Origin: Octopus bimaculoides
Taxonomy: Eukaryota
Length of the DNA: 64,000 nt
Assembly: GCF_001194135.2 (NCBI RefSeq)
Contig: NC_068986.1
Coordinates: 99,150,283 to 99,214,282 of the forward strand
Direction of reading: 5' to 3'
Shown: piece by piece, positions 26,280-38,100 of the stretch
How positions within the stretch are numbered: the stretch's first letter is position 1
How the letters are laid out: every line of letters starts with the position of its first letter
Made by a program: the position numbers and the translations under genes
Notes under the pieces: generated by a model
Told to the model about the DNA's origin: nothing
Databases searched by the model: none
Seen by the model: the letters and a program-made list of their open reading frames with translations, nothing else

Positions 26280-26800
26280 TCTGACGAGAAGAATTTCTGC
26301 TACGACTAGATCAACACCCAGAACAAGTGGCTAAATCTCACTCAAGGAGATGCCTGGTGTGATGCAGATGAAATTTCCAGCAATAATCATGGTCTTTGGT
26401 GTTGTCAGCAGTGATAATGAGGTCATGGCACACAACTTCTCCAAGAGCCTCAGGCTAGATACTGGCTGCAAGGTGGTGGAGCCCTAGATTGATTGCATAG
26501 CTGCATATGTGGAAAGACTGAGCTCTGCCACACCAGCCAAAAGACCCAGGCCTGGCTGTTGGAGAATTTCTTCAATCACATTGCACCTGACATTTGGCCT
26601 CCCAAATCACTTGACTGCAACCCCTCAACTTCTTAGTGAAAGGCACAGTGGAATTAGAGTCCAACAGATGCAGCTGCAACATGAAGGATGAGCTGAGGGC
26701 CAGGATTATCAGGGCCTTTAGGGACCTAAAACAGGAAGTAGTGATGAAGGTATGTGGCTGGCTCCAAAGTCGCCTAGAGGCTATCACTGAGGCCCAAGGT
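26280..26800 (+). mobile_element. Tc1/mariner transposase relic (maT/rosa-like)
   Basis: KFPAIIMVFGVVSSD, a degenerate W.PNSPDCNP, MKDELRARIIRAF; disrupted. Confidence 0.75.
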
Positions 26801-26835
26801 GGGTTACCTTATTTCCAACCACCGGCTGAGTATAC

Positions 26836-27075
26836 GTGTGGAGACAGCCAAATGAAGCATTTGAACCAGACTGCCCCCTTCCAAATGTTAAACATGGAGG
26901 AAGATCTGTGATGATCTGGGGGGGGGGGGCTATATCTTGGAAATCCGCCAGCCCAATGGTTTCCCTTCATGGCAGAGTTAATAGTCAAGACTATTTAAGC
27001 ATTTTATCAGTTCAAATTCGTCCTATGGTTAGGGAACTGTTTCTGGAGGGAAACCCAATCTTTCAGGATTACAAA
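26836..27075 (+). mobile_element. Tc1 (DD34E-type) transposase relic
   Basis: PNVKHGGRSVMIWG..ISW....GRVNSQDYLSIL...RP....PIFQD. Confidence 0.85.
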
Positions 27076-27269
27076 GTATTGACTAACCTATGCCTATAGA
27101 ATAGAACATTAGCCGATAATATCCACACAGTGAAAATGAACTCTTAACCATGTAGTTCTGAAGTGAACTCCTTACTCACAGAGCCATGCCTATACATAAC
27201 TGTTATAAAATAAAATATGTTCATCTCAATCACAAATACAATAAGCACAAATAAAAAAAATTAAATCTC

Positions 27270-27275
27270 TTTATT
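27270..27275 (-). terminator. Probable WDR74 polyadenylation signal AATAAA
   Basis: AATAAA about 24 nt after the stop, followed by a U-rich tract on the minus strand. Confidence 0.6.
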
Positions 27276-27298
27276 ACTCTCCTCAAACATCAATATTC

Positions 27299-27559
27299 TT
27301 ATTCTGAAGTTTTGTTTTTCTTTGAAGACTTAGATTTATTATTTGACTTTCGCTTCTTATTAGCATTTCCACTCGGAGTTTCTGTTGTGTTTTCAGTTTG
27401 TAAGACTGGCATTTTGTCCCACAAGTCATCAGGACCATCATCACCTCCGTTTTGGTCAACTGTTGAGTTTTCATTATTAGGACAGCTGTTGGCGCTTTCC
27501 TCAGCTGATGGCCAGTTTTTGGCAAACAACAAGCAGTTTAAACGCGACTTCAAATAAAA
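27299..27559 (-). CDS. WDR74: WDR74 exon 10 (FYLKSRLNCLLF...KKNKTSE*)
   Basis: ttctag acceptor, TAA at 27301-27299, acidic stretch then basic tail. Confidence 0.95.
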   Translation of the reverse strand, partial: FYLKSRLNCLLFAKNWPSAEESANSCPNNENSTVDQNGGDDGPDDLWDKMPVLQTENTTETPSGNANKKRKSNNKSKSSKKNKTSE

Positions 27560-27632
27560 CTAGAATGAAGTAAAGAACATTAAGGAATAATCAAATTACT
27601 GAGACTAAAAGACATTTCAAGAATAACAGCTA

Positions 27633-27671
<39 letters not shown>

Positions 27672-27904
27672 AATCCTTTCTACTATAGGCAAAAGGCCTG
27701 AAATTTTGGTGGAGGGGATAAGTCGATTACATCACCCCAGTACTTTACTGGTACTTATTTTATTGACCCCCAAAAGGATGAAAGGCAAAGTCAGTAACAG
27801 CAGAATTTGAACTTAGAACGTAAGGATGGACAGAATCCTGCTAAGCATTCTGCCCAGGATGCTAACAATTCTGCCAGCTCACTGTAGTAGTAGTAGTAGT
27901 AGTA

Positions 27905-27940
<36 letters not shown>

Positions 27941-30900
27941 TTTAAAAAATAATCTTTTCGGCCTGAAATTTTGGGGGAAAGGACTAGTCGATTACATCAA
28001 CCCCGGTGTTTCACTGATACTTAATTTATCGACCCTGAAAGGATAAAAGGTAAAGTCAACCTTGGTGGAATTTGAACACCAAATGTAAAGTTAGACAAAA
28101 TGCTGCTAAACATTTTGCCAAGCGTGCTGATTTTGCCAGCTCGCTGTCTTAATAATAATAATCCTTTCTACTAAAGGCACAAGGCCTGAAATTTGGGGGA
28201 GGGGTACCTATCTTATTGAACCCAAAAGGATGAAAGGCAAAAGAATGGGATGATCACAGCTGAAATGTGTTTGATCATAGATCTATTTATAATCAGTCTG
28301 TATGGTGCTAAGCACCATCATCATCATCAGCAACATTACTCAGATCAGACAAAGACATTTTTTTTTTGCAAGTAACAAGCAACGACAGGTAAAAAGATAC
28401 TCACACTATAGAGCATTTCTCTTGACACCAAATGATGAACACGGAGGTGACGATCAAGCCCACAGGTAGCAACATATGGTAGAGTCGGATGACATTGGAT
28501 ACCACGAATTCCACCACTAAAACCTTTGAATTTACCAGTTATTTTTCCTGGAATATTTAGAAAATCAACGCTTTTGTTCAATAAACAGTTATGTTGGCTT
28601 TAATTCAATTTCTATTTTATTTTGAGTATTAAATTTTCTAAGACCTTTGGAAATGTGCACTGACCGAGTCCTTTGGAAATGTGCTGTGCGTGAGAAGACC
28701 CGGCAAGCCAAGTAAGATCGTTGCCAGTGCCCCTGGACTGGCTCTTGTGCGGGTGGCACATGAGATGCACCATTTTGAGCGTGGCCGTTGCCAGTACCGC
28801 CTGACTGGCTCCCGTAGGATTTTCGAGTGAGATCGTTGCCAGTGCCCCTGGACTGGCTTGTGCGGGTGGCACATAAAAGACACCATTTCGAGCGTGGCCG
28901 TTTTCGTGCGGGTGACACGTAAAAGCACCCACTACACTCTCTGAGTGGTTGGCGTTAGGAAGGGCATCCAGCTGTAGAAACTCTGCCAAATCAGACTGGA
29001 GCCTGGTGTTGCCATCCGGTTTCACCAGTCCTCAGTCAAATCGTCCAACCCATGCTAGCATGGAAAGCAGACGTTAAACGACGATGATGATGATGATGAT
29101 GATCTTGCACATTTTTGACAGGAAATGTTTTTTAAATGCTACAAATCATCATTTAATGTCCACTTTCCATGCTGGCATGGGTTGGACGGTTTTACAGGAG
29201 CTGGGCAGCTGCCCAGGATCCATATTCTGTTTTGCCATGGTTTCTATGGCTGGATGCCCTTCCTAACGCAAACCACTGTACTGGAAGCTTTTATGTGGAA
29301 CTAGTATGGGCGTTTTTATGTGACATAGGCATGGGCACTTTTATGAGGCACCAGCACCTATGAGTTCTCAAGAGAAAGACCTCTTAGCTGAGAGAGGGTC
29401 ATAGGTCCTCATTAGATGTGTGCAATAGGACTACAAGATCAGAGCCGATCTGGGTCTATACCATAGGTTTCAACCATTGGTGCAGCTGTCTCTTCCACTG
29501 TTTCACAGCCCAGATACCTTCTTCTTCAGAACCTCCATCTTCTGTATGTTTATGCCTTAGACCGTGCCTGCCACTTATGTTACCAGTCCCAGAAGGAGAA
29601 AAGGTAAAGTTGATTCAAGTGGTGCTTCAAATCAGAATATAAAGTACTTGTTGCTCTACTAATTCTACCAATCAGACAAACTTAACCCTTTAAACCCTGG
29701 ATGTTGCTGCCACCACCACTGTCAACATTGGAATTGTGATTCAGTAGGTTAAAAAAATTTAAACTATTACTTTAGGTACCACTAAAAAAAAATTATCAGT
29801 ATATCAAAAACCTAAAAATTAGCTCCACTTCAAAAAAAAACCCTGCTCCATTTGATCCCTTGTTTCATACTTAAAACTCTTATCTCATAACATAAAGTGC
29901 CCCTGCCTCTAGTTGAAAGGGATCTTTGCCTTGCAAGCTGCAAGGCAACCTCACTAATGCTGGCGCCATGAAAACAACTCTCAGTAAAGTGGTTGGCATT
30001 AGAAAGGTCCTTCTGCTGTAGAAAGCATGCCAAAGTAGACCTCAATGCAAAAGACATTCCATAGATCCATCATTTCCTTTCAAACCATCCAACCCACACC
30101 AACATGGAAGGTGGAGATTAAAAGATGAGGATAATGATGACAGGTGTAATTTATGTCAAAAACTGTTTTTTTTGAGAGGAGTATAGAGCACAACAGAGAC
30201 ATGTAGACTCACTAGAACCTTGACATACAAATCATATCTCAGGGTGGTATTGATGATGTTTGATTAAGATCAATATAATAGATATTGATCTGTATTGGCT
30301 TTGATTCCGGTTAAAAAAAAAAATGTGTAAAAATAGTTCTTTTCAATATTCATGCAAACAAGAAAAGAAACTTAATATTTTACCTTTACGAATATCCATG
30401 CTGACCATATCACCTTTTGAAGAACCAACTATAATTTGGCTGGAAAAAAATACACACATACACACTCAGTGATATACACAAGACTTATAAATGTTACATG
30501 CTAAACAATTTATCAAAAGACAAATAGGGGAAAATGTCAGAAAGAAAGAAATAACATGGAATTGAGCAGCTGAATGTACCTCAAACCACACCCTGCCATC
30601 TTAAAAAAAAAATGGTGCAAACAATGTAGTTCTAGACAGAAGGTAGTGTGGGGTTGGAGAAAAACGATGATGGAATGGTTACAACCGGAAAAACCTGCTT
30701 GATCTGAACAATCTAGGCTAAATAAATACATTTAAGAGTTTCTAAGTGATAGTCATTTGACATTTATATTTTAGTTCACTGTTTGCCTCCGAAACAAAGA
30801 AACAAAAAAAAAAAACCCCCAGAAAAATAGAGGTAAAATACCCCAAAAGAGATGAAACTTTATAAAATTATTTTGAGTGGCTGTGTGGTAAGTAGCTTGC

Positions 30901-31042
30901 TTACCAGCCACATGGTCTCGGGTTCAGTCCCACTGCGTGGCACCTTGGGCAAGTGTCTTCTACTATAGCCTCGGGCCGACCAAAGCCTTGTGAGTGGATT
31001 TGGTAGGCGGAAACTGAAAGAAGCCCGTCATATACATGTGTG

Positions 31043-31073
<31 letters not shown>

Positions 31074-33270
31074 CTGTTTGTCCCCCCAGCATCGCTTGAC
31101 AACCGATGCTGGTGTGTTTAGATCCCCGTAACTTAGCGGTTCGGCAAAAGAGACCGATAGAATAAGTACTAGGCTTACAAAGAATAAGTCCTGGGGTCGA
31201 TTTGATTCGACTAAAGGCGGTGCTCCAGCATGGCTGCAGTCAAATGACTGAAACAAGTAAAAGAGATATTGAAATGAAAAACAGTAGTAGTAATTGGGCA
31301 ATAAACGACAACCCCCATCCCCACCAACAAACCAAAAACAAGAATAGTAGCCACCGCCACCACCATTTTAATGTCCACTTTTTCATACTGGTATGGGTGA
31401 CGGGATTCTATGATGCATATTTGCTATGACTGGATGCCCTTCCTGTCGCTAGTCTTCACCTGCTTCCAAGCAATGTAATATATCCCCAAAGTCAGACATG
31501 ATTTCCACAGAAAATTGGAAATGAAGAACACCGCTTGTATAACGGTGACACTCATTTACAACTATCACATGGTGTCAAGACAAGAAAACTCTAACACACA
31601 TTACACAGAACGAGCTTCCGGTTTCCACATATCAAATTCACTCACAAGCTAATGGTTGGCCAAGGGTCGTAATAAAAACCACTTGCCCAAGGTGCCACAC
31701 AGCCATGCTTGTATCATGTGCGGAAAAAAACAGAACAGAAATAAGAACAGATATACAAAACAAAAATAGCAACGCGTTTGTATAATAGAGTTAGCAACAA
31801 TGTACAAAAGAGCAAATACAAGCAGACACACAAAACTGCAGCAGAAAATAGGTGTACAGAGCAATGACAACGTTAATAGTAAACAATATTTTGTTGTTGG
31901 CACTCAGTCGCTTATGGCGACGAGGGTTACAGTTGATACAATCAACGGAACAGCCTGCTCGTGAAATTAATGTGCAAGTGGCTGAGCACTCCACAGACAC
32001 GTGTACCCTTAATGTAGTTCTCGGGAATATTTAGCGTGACACAGTGTGACAAGGCTGACCCTTTGAAATACAGGTACAACAGAAACAGGAAGTAAGAGTG
32101 AGAGAAAGTTGTGGTGAAAGAGTACAGCAGGGTTCGCCACCACCCCCTGCTGGAGCCTTGTGGAGCTTTAGGTGCTTTCGCTCAATAAACACTCACAACG
32201 CCTGGTCTGGGAATCGAAACCGCGAGTCCGCTGCCCTAATCACTGGGCCATTGCGCCTCCACACCACAAATGTGACAAAAACAAAAGGAATAAATAACAC
32301 ACATTTCTCAAGAGAGTTGAATGACTTACTTGCCAGAAGGATTGACCGCCAGAGCTGTTATTGGAGAATCACCACATTGGACATCAAGGACAGGTTTTCT
32401 TTTATGTGCACTTGGATCATACAGTCGTATCTATGAAGTTAACATATAACAACCTGATGTTAGGAATCATGCTCTGTGATGTATGTCTATATATATATAG
32501 TAAAGAAAATGGGTTCTCTATCAGTTTTGATAACCAGTATTCTAGTTGTCTGAACAACAAAATGACCCACTTAGCTTAGGTGGTTGACTATTCCACAGGT
32601 TCTTGTATTTTTAATGTAATCCTTAGACAGACTCATAATACATTTTTTTTTCTTCTATCCAATCTGTTGTCCACCATCTTGTAGATGTCCAGGCAAGTGT
32701 GGACCACATAGTTTGGACCCTGCAGCAATTTGCACAAGTATCTCCAACTATAGCTCTGAGTTGAGAGCTAATCAAAGCCTTGTGATGGAAAGTAAAAGAA
32801 ATCTGCAGTATTTTTATATATGTGCGTGTTCACAGAAGACTGGAAATGAATAACCTCACACATATGGTGATGCTTGTTTAAAACCATCATATGATGGTTA
32901 GACAACAGTGCACACACATACACACAAAGGGCTTCTATAAATTTATGTCTACCAAATCCATTCACAAGGCTTTGGTTGGCTTAATGCTATAACAGAAAGC
33001 ACTTGCCCAAGGTACCACTCAGTGGCACTGATACTGAACCCAACACTACATGCTTGGGAAGCTGGCTTCTTAACCACACAACCATGTCCGCAGTCAAAAC
33101 TAATAAATGCATAATAATAATGAAATTATTGTGTATAGTGCTTCGGTGCACTACAATGAGTGTGCAAAAGTAATGGTAGTGCAATGGTGTGGGCTCTGGG
33201 GATATATCAAGCACAAAGCTTGATGTTTAATAGTGAGTTAGTGAGGACAAGTAGAATCAGTATCTGACAC

Positions 33271-33301
<31 letters not shown>

Positions 33302-34250
33302 GCCTTTCTTAAGGCAAGGTACGTAATTCTGTTCGCCTTAGTTTGCCTCTGTGTCAATAAGTTCTTGGGGTGGGATTGGTATTAGAAAGGACAATTTAAT
33401 TAAAACCAAACTTGTTGTCATTCAAGTTTAACATGAAGACAACATTTAAATCAAAACCTTTGAAATAAAGGGGAGAAAAAAAAAAAAAAAAATGATTTTA
33501 CACATACCTGACATAACTCAGTACCAGTAACGATTTTGCTAGACTGTGGAATGAAGTTAATTGTAGATATCATAATGGGGACCCGCAAACGTAACCAGTC
33601 TTCGGACACCTTTAGAATGGAGAAAAAACAATACAAAATCATTAAGGAACATACACATGGACACAAAAAGTGTAATGAGTGCATGCATGGTTAAGATGTT
33701 TGACCCTTAACCACAAACACAATTCACTCATTGAAGACAAAAGGAAAGATCTATAGGAGTAGTGTGAGAGCTGCAATTCTGTATGGGAGTGAGACAGTGT
33801 TTGAGAGAGAAAAAGAGATGGCAATTTTGAGAAGGACTGACGGAGCAATGGTGAGAGAAATGTGTGGTGTGAGGCTGTTTGATAAGAGGAGGACGGAGGA
33901 TTTGATGGGAATGTGCTGGTGCTGGAGGAATCAGTGGAATGGCTGGCAAGGGTGAATGCAGTGTGGTGGTATGGGCATGTGTTGAGGAAGGATGAGGAGC
34001 ATGTTCTGAAGAGGGTACGAGAGTTTGAGGTAAATGGACAGCGAAATCGAGATAGACTGAGGAAGATGTGGAGGGGGACAGGTGGAAGAGACTGGGAGGG
34101 TTGGCTTCAGAAGGGAGGACACCCAAAACTGGGTGGGATGGTGTGAGGGTGGTTGCTATGGCATTGAGGAAATCTGCCTAAAAACAAATTCTGCCCAAAC
34201 CATGTGAGCCCAGAAAAGTAGATGTTGAATGGATGATGATGATATCTCCT

Positions 34251-34288
<38 letters not shown>

Positions 34289-35159
34289 TAACAAGGGTGG
34301 CTTAGTCATAATTTTACCACCGAAAGGCAGAAATATATACATCACTGAAGTGACTAAGAGCACTAGTCAGCACCAGCATTGCTAGAAATAAGAGTCAAAA
34401 CAACTCACCTTTCTCATAGCTAGGAGTTGTTTTCACTACCTAGGTGACCAAGTCAGTAGCGGGGATGGATGCTCTGAGAGCATAGCTGCTATAATAAGAA
34501 TAGCCTGGGCACAGTTCAGAGAGCTCCTATCTCTGCTGGTAACAAAGGGCCACTCGCTCAGAGTGAATGGTAGACTGTATGATGAATGTGCACGAACAGC
34601 CATGCTACATGGCAGTGAAACATGAGCTGTGATTGCTGAGGCATGTGTAGGCTTGAAAGAAATGAAGCCAGTCTGTCTTTATATATGAATTCACATATAA
34701 AGACAGACAAAATGCCTTTAAGCATTTTGCCTGGTGTACTAATAACTTCACCAGCTTGCTGCCTTAATAATAATCATCATCATCATCATCGTTTAACGTC
34801 CGCTTTCCATGCTAGCATGGGTTGGACGATTTGACTGAGGACTGGTGAAACCGGATGGCAACACCAGGCTCCAGTCTGATTTGGCAGAGTTTCTACAGCT
34901 GGATGCCCTTCCTAACGCCAACCACTCAGAGAGTGTAATAATAATAAACCTTTCTACTATAGGCACAAGGTCTGAAATTTTGGGGGAGGGGTTAGTTGAT
35001 TACATAGACCCCAGTACTTCACTGGTACTTAATTTATCAGCCCCAAAAAGATGAAAGGTCAAAATGACCTCAGCGGAATTTGAACTCAGAATGCAGTGAC
35101 AGAAAAAATGCCCCTAAGCATTTTACCTGGCATGCTAATAATTCTGTCAGCTCACCGCC

Positions 35160-35191
<32 letters not shown>

Positions 35192-38100
35192 CCTGTCTAC
35201 TATAGGTACAAGGCCTGAAATTTGGTGGGAAGTGGGCAGTTGATTAGATCGACTCCAGTATGCAATTGGTACTTAATTTATTTACCCCGAAAGGATGAAA
35301 GGCAAAGTCGCCCTCGGCGAAATTTGAACTCAGAATGTAAAGACAGATGAAAAACTGCTAAGCATTTCGCCCAGTGTGCTATGTTTTGTCCAGCTCATCG
35401 CCTTTATAATAAATAACAATAATAATAATCCCTTCTGACAGCACAAGGCCTCAAATTTAGGGTAAGGGATTAAGTAGATTACATCAACCACAGCGCATAA
35501 CTGGTACTTATTTAATCGACCCTGAAGGGATGAAAGGCAAAGTCGACCTTGGTAGAATTTGAACTAAGAATGTAACAGTATTTTGTCTGGCATGCTAACA
35601 TTTCTACCAGCCTACCGCGATAATAATAATAATAATAATAAAAATGATGAAGTAGCTACTTACATTTTTTGATACAAAGATAGGACTTGTAGGAGAATTG
35701 ATGTCCCATAATTTCAAAGGGTTCTCTTTGCCTCCACTGGCAATTAAATGCGTTTGTACTGGATCCTGTTGCACACAATTTAAGTCAATGCCTCCAGATA
35801 TTTTTAACTGTTTAAAAAAATTAATACAGAGAATTTGCCTTTAAATCCAAAGAGAGAGAGAGAGAAAAAAAACTAACAAATAACCCAGTTATTCGATGAA
35901 AATATTAGCCTATTACCTAAATAAATTAAGACTTTTTGTACTCACCAGATTTTTCCCTTTTTTGGTCCATAAGTTAATATCACCACTGCTTACCGCTGTG
36001 ATAATTTTTCTACAAAGAAAGAAGATAGAAATCAAAAATTTATAAGCAAAATAACTGTGTTGACGTAAATAGTTTGATACTGGGAAGTAAAAAACAAAAG
36101 GAGAAAAAATGCCACACAATGACAGATTGATTATTAAAAAAAATGCATTGAAGTCTATGTTGGTTGTATCCAAAAACATTTTGAAATATAACTTTAAGCT
36201 TTAAAACATTTCATACTAAATGCTTGATTGTCTTAAAGAACATTGATAATTTTGTAATTCAAAGTAATCATACATAGAATGATTAACCCTTTAGCATTTA
36301 AACTGGCCATATCTGGCCAAAATAGTATCACTTATACACTTAAACTGGGCAGATCCAACCTCTCACACCTACCCTACAATGTTAGTCTAAAATAATACAA
36401 CCACACAATCAAAATTTCAAGACTACATGATAATGCAGGAAAACTTCAAAATGTAAATATGTGCGTTACATTTAATAGAGTAATATGAATGCTAAAGGGT
36501 TAATAAAACAAAATAAGCAATAGTTTTCTATATTTTTCGAACTTTTTCCCTGTGGAAGTGTTATTTTTTAAAAACTTTCTAAGCAAAGTGTATCAGTCAT
36601 TTTAATTTGGCCTCCAATGCATGACAAAGTCAAAAAGATTAACACATCCTGGTTTCTGTACTCAAAGAGTTCATGAAAGAACACCTGGAAACAAACTTGA
36701 TAACATTAGCTGCCAGTGAACAGATAACATAATACAAAATTAGGTTGGTTAGCCTATGCATGAAAAAAAAAAAAAGCCTTTTATAGCAGCAATAGTCCAC
36801 AACAGTCAGGGTCTTACTACAGCATTTTATCACCTTTTTCTCACTGTGCATAAAGTATCAATACTGAAAGAGTTATTGGGAGAACAAATCAAATAGTTAT
36901 AAGTCTATTGATCTCTCCCTTTTATATAAAGAGAGTAAAAAAAAAAGAAAGAAAATCAAATGCCATGAATGACAACAATGGTGAACCAAATATACCATAA
37001 AAGTTACTTGCATTATTATTTTTTACTTACTTTTGGTATGGATATATACTTTTAAATCTTCCCTCTCCAATATTCATTTTGACTTGCCGAGTTATTTTAC
37101 CAGCTTCTACATCAAAAGTTGTTACAATGCGGCTCTCTTGTCCATAATAGAACTAGGAAGAGGGATAAATTGAAGCATTACCAGTGATTTCACAGTAAAT
37201 ACCAAAGAAACTATTTAATAGTTAAGTGAGTGTTACAATATTTATTTCAGAGAGCATTAAAAAAAAAAACAACTAAAAAGAAATGTGCTAAAGAAAAATG
37301 TAATATTGGTCAATGATCAGTTTTATTTTCATTGTGCTGGTAAATATGGGAGACAACTCTGGACATGTTTGTTTATATTATGACCTCTTCAGTGATGAAT
37401 TACTTTCAAGTGATGGTGAAAAAATCAGTCAGTAAATATTTGAGATTGTGCATTGTTGAAAACGAAAAGTTAGAATGTAGAAATATACAATTACTTAGAG
37501 AATATATAAGTTATTCAATTCCACCTCCCACCCTTTTTGTCACACACTATATTCCCATCTATGTGTCTTTGACCTGTCTTGTGAATGTGCATCTTCTCTC
37601 TACTTCCAACACTTTACATCATCTCCTTTTTTTTCATTTGTCAATGGTTTTATTACACTGTTGCTCTCCCACACTTTTAGGCATCATCATCTGTCACCTC
37701 CTGCTCCTCAATCCACTTCTATTTACTTTGCACCCTCCCTCAAACAGGTTCACCATTGGCCATGCCTCCCCCATTCACTACTTTCACCTCTATCTTCATT
37801 TCTTATCATCTGTCACTCATCATTCACACCCTCATGAACCGTCTTGTCTAACCATCCTCGGTTCTCTGTCCCTATTCTCTCTTCCTCCACCTTCTTGAAC
37901 TTTGAGGGTGTGCCCTGACACCTAATCTCTGTCTTTTCACCCTTTCCTGCTGGAGTAGTCGTGTGTCTCCTGCACAATAAACCATCTGTTCCTGTCCATC
38001 TACCATACACCTCTCTCAATACTAGACACCCACTCAGTTGAGGTGTCTAGCTTTATGAGTCACTTACTTAATAGTGTTGGTACCATGTAAAAAAGCATTT

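Noticed and set aside
27630-28250. Repeat-spacer look of the SINE trains (CRISPR-like)
   Set aside because: The units are about 200-bp SINEs separated by microsatellites in a eukaryotic intron; there are no cas genes.
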